NCBI RefSeq assembly: GCF_009914755.1
Contig: NC_060928.1
DNA: 64,000 nucleotides
Strand: one strand, 5' to 3'
From: the human T2T-CHM13v2.0 reference genome, Homo sapiens
How positions within the stretch are numbered: the first letter of the stretch is position 1; the number at the start of each line of letters is the position of its first letter. Below the pieces are notes generated by a model. That model was not told the DNA's origin. It worked only from the letters and a program-made list of their open reading frames with translations, and did no database searches. The position numbers were made by a program, and so were the translations under genes. Of the stretch, positions 37,731 to 50,770 are shown one piece after another.

Positions 37731-38014
37731 TTCCTCCAGACCAAAGATATCAACATTTATTTTAAAAGGGCAAAAACACACAGCCAGTCAGTCTGAACAA
37801 AAACCCTGTGAAGGTGTTATTACCTTACTAGTTAGCCTCAGAGTATGGGAGAGGGAATTCCCGCTCTCCTCACCCCCCACAAAAAAATGCCAACTAATGT
37901 TGAGTGCCCTTACCTGACTTGGGAGGAGTGGTTCCCGGGTATAGTAAGGGTTTCTGTGAAGTTATGATCAGCATCACTACTTTTTGTAGTTGTGTACGAG
38001 ATTTTGTAACCTAA

Positions 38015-38180
38015 AGCCTTGCGACTCAACGTTGGTCCATGGACTAGAAGATTCTGCGTCGCCTAGGAGCGGGTTAAAAATTCAGAATCTAAGACCCACC
38101 CAGATCCTCTGAATCAGAAGCCGTATTTTCACAATGCCCCCAGGTGATTCGGGGGCACATTAAAGCTTGGAATGTACTGA
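38015..38180. mobile_element. MER5A1/MER5B-like DNA transposon relic
   Basis: tggtccatggactag...cagaatctaagacccacccagatcctctgaatcagaagccgtattttcacaatgcccccaggtgattc...cacattaaagcttggaatgtactg. Confidence 0.75.
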
Positions 38181-39482
38181 TCTGGAAGAGGATACTCAGA
38201 AAAACTTCCGCCCATGTAGTTTTGAAGATTCTGGGAAAAATAAACTTGATATAATAAATGAAGTAGGACTACTATGCCATCTAGGAATTTGTACAGAATG
38301 CTTACAGAGATTTTTTAACTCATAAACTTTATTCCCCAAATAAAGTTTTTCTTGTTTTTGTTTTTGTTTTGTTGTTGTTGTTAATAATAAGTGAGTCCAT
38401 AGCATTTATCCGAGGAATCCATACCCACAGAAGTAAAAGGACATCCCAGGGTTATGTTATCAGCCCCCCTCCCTCCTTAGGAAGCATTCACTGGAGAACT
38501 TCTCTGGAGCCTTGTTTCAATCTGAGATCTGCACTGAACTGACCACTTCTTGATTCAGGACACTGAAATCTCTGCATATGGGTTTATTTAGAGGAGAGGC
38601 TGCGAACGCTAAAGATTTGCTTGTTAACCTTATCAGCAGCTGCTGTGTGCTGTGGTCCAGTGCTCTAATCTGGGTGTCAGGCCTGGGCACGGCATCCTCC
38701 ACGCTGGTGGCTGCCTTTTCTTCTCCTGCTGGCCGAGTCTGCTGTGGACTCTATTAATGAGGGGTTTGAAACCCCCTTTGGCAGGGAAGAGTGTCTTCCT
38801 GCTTGCAGTTTGAATTGAAAATGAATTCCCTATTTGCACAGTACCATGACACTTCGTATAATATCATTTACTGTCCCCCAGGCAGGAGTAGTTCTGGACA
38901 ATACTTCTTAAACACTTTATGCCCAATATCATGTGGGTTACAGTCGCTCATATGGAAAAGAAAAGGACAGTTTAAAGCTTGAACAAGAAGAACAAAAATG
39001 CCTCCTAGGCCTCCAAAATGTCCACCTAAGATTCCAGCTTTTAAGGCAGAAAAATGACTAACAGGGACCATATTTTGAAATCATTAAAAGTGGATGTGTT
39101 TAGCCGAGAAAATGAAAGAAGACATAGGAAAAATTAATTCCATCTCTTACAGAGTGATTAAAAACAGAGATAACAAATTGTCAGTTAATGAAGCATACAG
39201 ACTGGAGAGGTGATGTAGATAATAAAAAGTGGATTATTCAGCGTACTATTTTTAATTGAAATATATATAGGAAGAATGTTAGCATAAGTCATTTTGTACT
39301 AGTATTGTTGCTAAAATGAAAAACTAAGTGATTCGCTTTCTTCGAGTTGATCACACATGATGGTCCTGAAAGAGCGGAGAAGTACAACCCAAGGATTAAA
39401 TCCCTCTGGATTCAAAATTTGCACTTGATGATCTACAGGTAGAAGCATGAACACTGACTTTTTTTTTTTAACCATCTAATCA

Positions 39483-39862
<380 letters not shown>

Positions 39863-39879
39863 TAAGGGTACATTTTTCG

Positions 39880-40005
39880 CTTATTTATTCAAATGACAAG
39901 TATTTATTGGGCACACAGCCACCTCAGGCACTGTTTTGGGGCTATGAAGTTGTAATCACTGAACAAAAACACATTCCCTACCCTCGTGGAGCTTACCTTT
40001 TAGTA
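39880..40005 (-). mobile_element. L2 3' terminus
   Basis: acaagtatttattgggcac...caggcactgttttgggg...tgaacaaaaacacattccctaccctcgtggagcttaccttttagt. Confidence 0.7.
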
Positions 40006-40489
40006 AAATATACATGCAAATAAATAACCAGAAAGATAATTGCCTTACAATTCTGACAGAGATAATTGGCAAAAGAAAAATTAGCTGCACACAAAAATAC
40101 ATTAACATCTGGAGAATAATGAAATTATGAGCAACAAGCATCAATGAAATCATGCCAAATTCAAATGATGGCAGCTCTTGGTAGGCTTCCAGAATTAACT
40201 ATTAAAAGAACATATTAGCCTTAAACCCAGTGTGTCTTCTGTGACGACTGTGGGGGGGTTATGTCAGGCTGCATTCATGGAGGATGGACAGATGCCAGGA
40301 TATTTCACAGGAACCTAATTGTTCTTCCCTGCCAGGAAATCACTGTAGCGTGACATGATCCCAAGGATCAAAGTGCCTGAAGACCAGAACTCCTGGAGCA
40401 AGCTTGCATTGCTTTCAGGTGATGCTATAGATCACCCAGAATGCCCTGCAGTGGCCAGTGCCCCTGAACGAGGACTGGACCCCTACATT

Positions 40490-40690
40490 TACATGGGTTG
40501 ATTCTGTGCCCTCGAGCAAGTTACTAATGTCTTTGAACCTCAGTTTTCTCATTTGAAAAATGAAAATCATAATACATCAACATAAGATCAGTGAAAAGAA
40601 TAAATGATATCCCATATATATACACACACACGTATAGTCAATATGTACAATGCTTGCTGCACAGTTAAGTGTGCAACAAATGTTAGTAAC
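40490..40690 (+). mobile_element. MIR SINE
   Basis: ctgtgccctcgagcaagttactaatgtctttgaacctcagttttctcatttgaaaaatgaaaatcataatac. Confidence 0.75.
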
Positions 40691-41203
40691 CTGCTCCAAT
40701 CTTATAACTGCTCAACAATAAGATTTATAAAGGCCACACATATTTGACAAGACAGCCCAAACTTTCACACTTTACCTCTCAAGCACTTTTGCCCATTAGA
40801 CCTTACCCCTCTAAGCTGCATTTCTTGTGCATATTTGGGATTCGGTTCCTGAAATGATTAACAATCATTCAAAATATCACTTGCTTGCTCTTGCCAGACA
40901 CTAGTTCCGTTTCATCAACACACCCATACTTAGCTATACAGCAGTTCCTGTTTGTAAAATTACTTGAAGATTGAGTTAGATTTTTGTCCTTATATAAGAA
41001 GTAGGAGTGGAAAGCTGAAATATGAAAGAGTAGAGACTAGCAATAGGAATGTCTGTTTTTATAAGCACAACACAATCAACAGAAATGTTTAGGTGTGTTT
41101 CTAGCAGGAAACTCTGAGTCAGCCTCTCATTGGACTAATGAGGGCTCAATGTGAATTACAGGTTGGGAAAAACTACATTGGAGAGAATATACAAGATACT
41201 AGA

Positions 41204-41343
41204 TCAATATTGGAATTAGATCTAAAAGTGAGATCAAATTAGGAAATAAATGTGTGTGTGTAGTGTGTGTGTGTGTTTCAATATTGGAATTAGATTTAAA
41301 GGCGAGATTAGATTGGGAAATAAATCTACGTGTGTGTGTGTGC

Positions 41344-41377
<34 letters not shown>

Positions 41378-41461
41378 CAATATTGGAATTAGATTTAAAG
41401 GAGAGATCGAATTGAGAAGTAAATCGTGTGCATGTACCTGTGTGTGTGCGTGTGAGTGTGG
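41204..41461. repeat. Composite tandem repeat: 3 x (~48-bp unit + variable (TG)n tract)
   Basis: tcaatattggaattagat...aaat starts at 41204, 41278 and 41377, and each copy is followed by a TG-rich tract. Confidence 0.93.
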
Positions 41462-42271
41462 TTAACTTTACTGAAAAAGAACTCCCTTTCTAGTCTGTGA
41501 ATCTGTTGATCTATTGTTTGTCTTTCATGTATGTATTCTAGAAAGCATTACATGTAGAAGTACGGACTTGCCTCTATCTAGTTGCCTTTTTTATTTGTTT
41601 ATTTCCAGCCTCCTGCAAAAAGGAGGTGATCAAGTAGCAAGTTTCTCTAATCTCAGTATTCTTCTCCTCTGAGCAATCTGACCAGGAGACTACAAATATT
41701 TGTTGGTCACCTACTATGTTCCAGGCATCATGTCCCCAAGGGTATGTCCCCTGCTAGAGTTAGCAGAAAGATCTGGCATGGATTCAAACAGATTGAAAAA
41801 TGAGTAAGACAGGAGACCACTGGATCTGCAAATCTGATGAGAAAGCTTCCTTTTTAAGCACTTCGGCCTAATTCTCTCTCAAAATATGTATGGGCTTAGG
41901 CTTTCATAGCAGCATACTTAAAGGAACTAAGGCTCTGCTTCTCAAGGTAAAGCCATGCAACTCTGTGTACACTGGCAGGGACTGCGAACCTTGGAAGGGA
42001 AGCGTGGCCCAGTGCCGCTGGAGGCTCAGGCTGTTTCTAGTTGCCAGGGATAAACCCCTTTCCAGCTCCGGAAAGCTGACACTGTGGCAGGCTTCTCCTC
42101 TACAGCCGGGACCTAAATTAGATCCTTCTATACTCCAGCTACTTGATCCTCAAATCTTTAAGATTTGGCCACCTTTAGACGTTTCTCCTTAGGCCCTTTT
42201 CTATAAGTCCTTTGAATATTTGCATATACTGATTTCTTTTTTTTTTTTTAAGTGCAAAGAGAGAAAAACTT

Positions 42272-43025
42272 TATTTTTTAATTTTTTTTCTACTTTTATT
42301 TAAGTTCAATGGATACACATGCAGGTTTGTTACATGGTGTATTAGTCTGTTCTCACGTTGCTGTAAAGAACTACCTGAGACTGGGTAATTTATAAAGGAA
42401 AGAGGTTTGACTCACAGTTTTGCATGGCTGGGGAAGAAGCCTCAGGAAATTTACAATCACGTGGAAGGTGAAGAAGGAGCAAGCACCTTCTTCACAAGGT
42501 TGCAGGAGAGAGGGAGAGCATGAAAGGGGAAGATCCCCTTGTGAAACCATCACATCTCATGAGAACTCACTATCATGAGAACAGCATGGGGGAAACTGCC
42601 ACTATGATCCAATCACCTCCCACCAGGTTCCACCCTTGGCACTTGAGGATTACAATTTCAGATGAGATTTGGATGGAGACAAAGACAAACCATATCACAT
42701 GGGCGCATTGCATGCCGCTGAGGCTTGGTGTACAAAATGACCTCGTCACTAAGGTAGTGAGCATAGTGCCCAATGGGTAGCCTTCCAACCCTCTCCTTCC
42801 TCCCCTCTCAAGCAGTCCCCAGGATCTATTGTTCCCATTTTTGTGTGTAGGAGTACCCAGTGCTTAGCTCCCACTTGTAAGTGAGAACCTGTGCTATTTG
42901 GTTTTCTGTTCCTGCATTAGTTTGTTCAGGCTAATGGTTTCCAGCTGTATCCATGTTGCTGCAAAGGACATGATTTCCTTCTTTTTCATGGCTATGCAAT
43001 ATTCGATGGTGTTTATATACCATTT
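42272..43025 (-). mobile_element. L1PA (old, PA13-16-like) 3' end interrupted by THE1
   Basis: ggatacacatgcaggtttgttacatgg | gcgcattgcatg...ttagctcccacttgtaagtgagaac...ccatgttgctgcaaaggacatgattt. Confidence 0.88.
42338..42697 (-). mobile_element. THE1 (THE1D-like) MaLR solo LTR, intact
   Basis: 360 bp, tgtattagtctg...aaaccatatca, with a perfect 5-bp TSD CATGG (42333-42337 and 42698-42702). Confidence 0.95.
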
Positions 43026-43289
43026 ATTAATGACACTTCAAACTTGGTAGGCTAAGACTAAAATTTTGTTGTTAGAGCTGAAATCATAGATTACTGCAGC
43101 TAAATGGGTCTCAGATTCTAATTCTTCATTTTTGTGTGTGTGATTAAACTGAAGTCAAGAGCGACTGTCAGAGAGAAGAGAGAATGAATAAATGGCACAA
43201 ACCTCCTTAGCAGCACGGGCCGGGCTACAGTGTTCTCACCCCAAATTCATTGTTGATTGGGCCCTCTTTGCTGCATCAGTTAATGACAT

Positions 43290-45091
43290 CACCAAAACTC
43301 CACTCACCTTTAGTTGCAAATGCCTTCCCATTTCCTACTGTATATCCAAGAAGTTAATAAATCCTATCAAACCTCCAAAATACTTTGTTCAATCTTTGCT
43401 TTTTATGATTTATTTCAACTGCTAAGGCTTTAGTGCCTCCTTTCTTCATCTCTCCCCTGAGGTGTTATGACAGCAACTCAGCTGGCTTCGCTGCACTCAT
43501 CTTCTCTTCTGAAACTCCAGCCAATAAACTGGAACTAGAGATACCTTCCTGAGATCAGATGGTTTCACTATCCTGTTCTAAACTGTCCGTGCCATACCTC
43601 CACATGCAGGAAAAACACCTAGACTCCATAGTGTGGCCTCTTCTCTCACCCAGGGTTTCCACTCCTCCAAGGACACCTCTCCTTTTGTCATCTAACACCA
43701 TTGCTCTAGGTGCTGTTCTTCATGCTAGCATATCTTGACCTTTCCACCAGTAACTTTTTTTCTCAAAAAATTCAATTTAACAGAAACACTGCTCCTTCCA
43801 GGAAATCTACCTGTCAAAGTTCTGTTCAAAGTTTAGGACCAGTTTCGTCTCATCTCCTCTAAGAAGCCTTCCTTAGCCTATCCTAGTAGGATGGCTAGTA
43901 GTATCAGAAGACATTTATCCCATATCTGTCTCCAACTCCTATGCTTCCTTTTTCTATAGAACAAGGGAAACATTAGGTTTTGACCCCACCACTCCCCAGG
44001 CCCTCCTAGGCCAAGTCTCTAATACCCATTTCTTTGCAAAATGGATTGTGCAACCCACAGTTCTCATCTTACTCTTTATGAGCAACATTCGACACAGGTG
44101 GTCAATTTCTCCTTCTCTTGATATTTTCTGCACTTGGTATTTTGAGCGCCACTCATTCATGATTTTCCTCCTCCTACCTCATAGCCTCTTCTTCCCAGTC
44201 TGCTACGCTGTTTCTTCCTCATCTCCCTGATGTCTACACTGTAGATTGTCCCAGAGCTCAATCCATGGATTCCTTCTCTGTATTGCATGACTTTCCAGGT
44301 GAGAGTATCCAGTTTCATGGCTAAATTACATTTGAAGTTGATGAGTCCCAACGTTACAGCTGTAGTCTGAAACTCTTCCCTGAACTCCAGATTCCTGTAT
44401 CCAATGGCCTACCTGACATATCCAATTGGAAGATGCCAGTGGGTATCTCTTTAGTTGTTCTCAGTCACATCCCAAATCCTTGTCACCAGCCAGTTCTGTT
44501 GGCCCTCCCTTCAAAATGGATCTAACACCCTACCACTGCTAAACATTGCCATCACGACCTCTCTGGCCCAAGCTACCATCAACTTTTGCCTGAATTGCAA
44601 TAACATTTCAATTAGACTTTTTGCTTCTTTGTTTGCATTTCTACAGTCTATTTCACCAAAGCCAGAGTGATCCCTGTAAAATGTAGGTGCTGTGGTTTGC
44701 ATATCTCCCCGGAAGCCCATGCGTTGCGTGACTCTCTTACTCTTTCCTCAGTCATCTTCTTGGAGAGTCCCTACCACTGAAGCCTATTCTGAGCACCCAT
44801 AAAAAAAAGCAACCCCACTCCTTAAGCTCCCTAACTCCCTGCCTGGTTTATTTTTCTCCACAGAGTTGTCAAGTTACCACCATTTGACATTTTTAATCTC
44901 TCTCTATCATCTATCTCTGTCTCTTATCTATCTATCATCTATCCCTCTCATCTTTTTCATCTGCTTATCTATTATCTATCATCTATCTCTCTCTTATTTC
45001 TCTTTCATTATTTTCTACTTATATACCTATTATCTATAAATCATCCATCTCTCACATATCTCTATGTATGTATGTATGTATGATCTGTCTG

Positions 45092-45124
<33 letters not shown>

Positions 45125-45265
45125 TAGCTGTCTGTCTGTCTCTCCCTGTGAAAATGTGGAATCCATGAATACAGTGTTCTTGTCCATTGCTATATGCCTG
45201 ATATTTAGAACAGTGTCTGGTAAACAATAGGTGCTCAATAAATATTTATTGAAATAATGATTAAA
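43290..45265 (+). mobile_element. L2 fragments (two overlapping relics) containing a TCTA-type repeat
   Basis: ctcttccctgaactccagattcctgtatccaatggcctacctgacatatcca; gccagagtgatccctgtaaaatgtaggt; terminus agaacagtgtctggtaaacaataggtgctcaataaatatttattgaa. Confidence 0.75.
44898..45142. repeat. Complex (TCTA)/(TGTA)/(TCTG) tetranucleotide repeat region
   Basis: Degenerate tcta units with pure blocks (tatg)n at ~45063-45083 and (tcta)n at ~45092-45124. Confidence 0.9.
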
Positions 45266-45978
45266 TGGATAATTGAAATCAAAATCTGGTTACCAGCCTT
45301 GCCACAGACACCCTCCTGTGACAGGTTCCCTCCACCTCCGCCAAGTCTTGCAGTGGGGAGTTCAGTTGTGAAGCACAAAAGACAAAGGGCCCTCCGAGGA
45401 AAATCCGTGGGGCTCTAATGCCACACAGTGGGGTCCGGCCTGTTTCTTGTAGTAATAAACACTAGAAAGCCCTTGAGAACACGAGGCTATCAGATGGTGT
45501 GGTATAAAAGAAAGAACAATGCACCAGCAAGCAGAAGATACATATTTGGATTCTGAGTCTTATTACCTGTGGAGTCCTGAGCAAGTTGCTAATCCTATTT
45601 GGCCTCCATTTCTTATCTGTACAGTAACAGTGATGGATTCGCTTGTCTGAGATCCTTTCCACACCTTCGATTTCTGTTAAATTCTGTGGGTGTCTGAGGA
45701 AAGATGGAGACAGGGAGGGAGGAAAAAGGGAGGAAGACGGTTTTTGATTATTCCTATACCTGCTAAGAGATAGAAAGAAGGAGATAACTTGTAGTATAAA
45801 GAATATTGCATAGAAGAGATTATTTTGGCATGACTGCACTACATAGAAAGAACTTAGTTTTATAATTAGGCATCTAAGCATTCTAAAAGAACACTCAATT
45901 TACACTAAGTTCCACATTTTCTGTGTTTTGGACCCCAATGCTTACACCTTTTGTCCAGACCTGGAGGTCTGTTTTCAT

Positions 45979-46033
45979 CTCTCTCATCATGATGAGAGAG
46001 TTGTTTCATCAACTCTCATCATAGTTGAGAGTT
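45979..46033. repeat. 22-bp perfect palindrome plus an adjacent hairpin
   Basis: ctctctcatcatgatgagagag (45979-46000), then aactctca-tcatagt-tgagagtt (46011-46033). Confidence 0.9.
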
Positions 46034-46498
46034 TTGGGTTTTTACAGACCATATTGAATGTAATTATTCATTTGTAGGTAATTACTAAAATAAAAACTAT
46101 TCTGAGTTTTCTTAAAATGACACAATACCTTTCTCCTCTAAACATTTTAATATATTATTTGAGCAAGATTTATTCATTTTTATATTACCACATATGGAGA
46201 TTTTAATTTAGTGATTAGTAAAATTATTTAAGAAATATAAACCCATGCTCAGTAATATTTTCCAATACGTTGAAAGGTTTTAACATACTGGAGATGGTGG
46301 TTTTCTTTTTCATTATGTCTTTGAAATTTAATATAAAAATATGATATTCCATGCCAAGTGTGTGTGGCATTTTAGTTTATTTTAAATGAGTTCTCATGAA
46401 AGGTTGCACTCTTTATGACCATAGAAAGTTCATCATTATACTTAACTAGCCATTCTGTGCACAGTGTTTTATCAGGCAAAAACAAAAAAGACACTTGA

Positions 46499-46871
<373 letters not shown>

Positions 46872-47086
46872 GACATTGTGTTTCTTAAAAGCACAACCCC
46901 TTACGGTGTCAAGCTAACAACCCAAAACTATGGTCCAATTAATTGAGGACACGGTGGAGGAGGTCAAAGATCCCATAAAAAGTTAGTAAAGACATTAGAT
47001 TTTAGACAATCGAAAGAATCTGGAGAAATGATCTGTGGTCATAACGATTACCTCCAGGGCTGAAGAGAGCACTCAAGAAGATATTT

Positions 47087-47378
<292 letters not shown>

Positions 47379-50300
47379 GGAAGGAAGGAAGGAATAAGCT
47401 AAAGTTTAAATTGTCATGTGTAAAGCATCTAAGCATCTCACCCAGTCTAGTTACAAAGAAGAATTTAGACTTGTAAAATCTACCACAACATTTCATTCTT
47501 TATCTGTAGGAAATTTTTATTTTTCAGAAGCCAGGTAAATGGGAGTTGCAGATGGTGTGTTTCTGTTGATTATTTTTTGAAATTGGAAAACAGAGATTGT
47601 AGTTCTTTTTTTCAGTTGCTTTAAAGCGAACCCACATGTAACTACAGCCATTCCATTTAAGTGAAAGCTGAACCATTCGACACACCATAGTAAAGACAGT
47701 GTATAAAGTACATTCAGCAAAAAGGATGTGGATGGAATATGAGACACATGGCTGAAACTACTATTAATACCTTGAGGTTTAAAATTGCTGAAGGGGTAGG
47801 CTCCATTTCTGCGGTTCACTAAAGGACAGAGACCTGTATTTGAACTGAGGGCTCATTTCTCTTGACCTAAATGTGTCACGGTAACAAACAACTCTCAGAG
47901 AAGTGGTAAATCATAGTCATTAAACAAACAAATCATTGTGGACTGTCAGTTCCTACTTTGAAGAACTTAAGCCATCTTCAGTATTATACAGCCAAAAAGC
48001 ATCCCGTCCCTTTGAAAAGCTGCACAGGCTCTTCACTTCCAAGTCATCTATTTCTTGGAGGCTTTACTTTTGCATGTGATTTCTAAATTTTTTATAAAAT
48101 GTATCTGTTTCTTCTGTGCTGCTCTGCTTCTCTTTTCTACCACCTAATTCTTAGATTATAATCAGTTTCAAAAGCACACTAAAAACACCATCACAGATGT
48201 TCACTCCATCTTCAGGAATTTGGTGTTGCCACCCATTTTCCCAGGGGCAATATCATGCGAAACGCCTTCTGCTGCAGTTTGTTTCTTTATTTCTGTTCCG
48301 AGTGACCTGCGGCAAGAATTGCGCTGCCCTCGCTATAGAAAGTGGCAATCCCCCACTGCTTATGATTATTGAGGTTCTTTGAGGCAGGGCTCACAATCTC
48401 AGATAAACTGTGCCCCTCAATTATAAGGGCTAGCTGAATATGATCCTTGCCTTACAAGTACCTTATTTTCCAATACGCACTGTCTACATTCAATTATCAG
48501 ACATTATTGGAAACACAAAGGTCACTGCTTACATCTCAAAAGCTCTTAAAGCAAACATGTTATTGCCTCCTGTACATTTGGGCTTTAAAACCTCAGAATT
48601 CACTTCAGGACACTATTACCCTCATCTCTGTTCTTTTTGAACATCATAGCATGATGGAAAATTTCCTAGTCCAAATACCGAATCAGCCAACAAAGCAATT
48701 CAAAAGGAAAAACGCCGAGCTTTAAAAATTGCAATACAAAATGACTGCTTTCGTTCTCTGTCGCCTTTGTCCCCACCCTTCACTCCAATGTGAAAGCCAA
48801 AGCATCCCTTTGCTAGCATGACAATTTGAGCTAAGAATAAAAGCCAGTCATTATTTTATCATTTAATATTAATTATAATAGTATTAGTCATGATGAACTC
48901 CTGTTGCATTATGTGGCTTTCAAATGTATTCCCAAAGGACTTTGATTATAATTTGCCATTTTATTCATGTTCAATTATTTTAAAGTGTTGCTGAATTAAC
49001 GAGATCCACTTAGCCTTAATCACTACTTACCTCATCAGTTTATAGCACTGACATGTCTGGCTTACAAAGACGATCTGTGACAGAATGAGACGGAGCCATC
49101 ATGGCCACGGCTGACATCCAGGCTCAGTTCTGAGGGGTGATGGTTCTATGGGACAGGCACTATTTCAGCACTGGTGGCTAGATGCAAGCCCGCAGACAGG
49201 AGGACGGCGTGGGAGGTGGTGGCTACTGAGAACTCTCGGTGCTTCATTAAATACCTTGCCAACCCCTGGAATTATAAATAGAGTGTTCTGTATGTTTTCC
49301 TTCTGATGCACACTAATAGTCCTGGCTTTACATCCCTTATGTCTTGAAAATATAGCTGCATTGAGATTGTGTTGTTGGTGGTGATGTTTTAAATGGAATA
49401 CAGCTCTGCCTGACTGCTCATCGGCTCTGGTTCATTCTTCATGACATTATTACGTGTTATTTCCATGAGTTCCTTTGTCTGTTATGCCCAAATTTTATTT
49501 TCTTTCACATTCTCCTTGGGCTGTCTTCTAGATTCTACCAATATACTTCATTTTTCCACTTGAGATTTATAAGATCTCTTATAATTCACACTAAGTTTTC
49601 TCATCTTCTCATTTTGTTGTGTCTTAAGTAATTATAGCAATCATCTACCAGGTAATTAAAAATTACCAAGAACCCTGGAGTGGCTATTTACCTTGCCATG
49701 GCATGGGTTAATACTATGTAAGTATTATGCCCCTACTCATGTGTCCAGCACCAATGTCAGACACTACAGTAGATCCAGAAAACTAATATAAACAGCTTCT
49801 GACAATTCAACTGGACAGGGCTGATTAAGGTCACTGGAAGAGTAGTTATATTCAAAATATAATAGATGCTAGCCATCAGAAACCCCTAGATTTTATCAAA
49901 CACCACCTCAGCAAATTAAATGACTTTAATCAGAGTCCTAGTAACCAGTTTGGGGTAGCATTGATAAAGATTTCTACAGTTTCAGGTGGGAATTCTATAT
50001 GTGAGCCTTTTAACTCGTTGACATTATAACTGAGAATTTCCCAACCATTCCATCTTCTGCTTTCTGACTCAAGGATTTAATTCAAAGGAAAAATGAATTA
50101 AGATGGCCTGCAGCAACGTTCTCCCTTTTATCTAGCCTATCCATATTGTGCTATTTAAATTTACTATTCTCATACCAAGAACTTGCTTAGCGACTGGGAC
50201 TGTGGCCTTTAATATTGCTCTGAAAACTGATAATGAACAACTTGAACAGGGGTTTTTAGATTTTTTTGTAATTAAAAGTATGATGCGTTCAATCATGACA

Positions 50301-50539
50301 TGAAAATACATGTGCAAGCCCCACTCAAAGCAATGGCATTTTTAAAAAAACTGTCAGAATAAGAGTTTTATATGTTATCATTATACATTATATTGCTATG
50401 CTGTATGCATATGTACACAGCATATATATACACACATGCTAACTTTCTTCATTGTTGGTGATAATAGGAATAAAAATCAGAGTTGATGCTGAATCGTGGT
50501 TTGAATTACAAAGTTATTAATGTCTAATAGATGATATTA

Positions 50540-50770
50540 AGTGTTACTACAAGCTGAGTGCAATTCCAACGGTGTTGTTGGTATTAACTTCTTTAATTCT
50601 CACAATGACTAAATTATGCAGAATTCTATCCTCATTTTACATCTGAACAACTGAAGCAGTGAGTAATTTAAGTGACTTCATGCCACTCAACTAGAAATTG
50701 ATGGGGCCAAGATTTACCTCCAACTTTAGGGTGGCCCATGCTCTGAACTTTGACACTCCACTGCCTGGTT
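50540..50770 (-). mobile_element. MIR SINE
   Basis: tttaattctcacaatgac...atcctcattttacatctgaacaactgaagcagtgagtaatttaagtgactt. Confidence 0.65.

Noticed and set aside
41204-41461. CRISPR-like repeat-spacer array
   Set aside because: The spacers are (TG)n microsatellite rather than unique sequence, there are only three diverged units, there are no cas genes, and the context is primate DNA.
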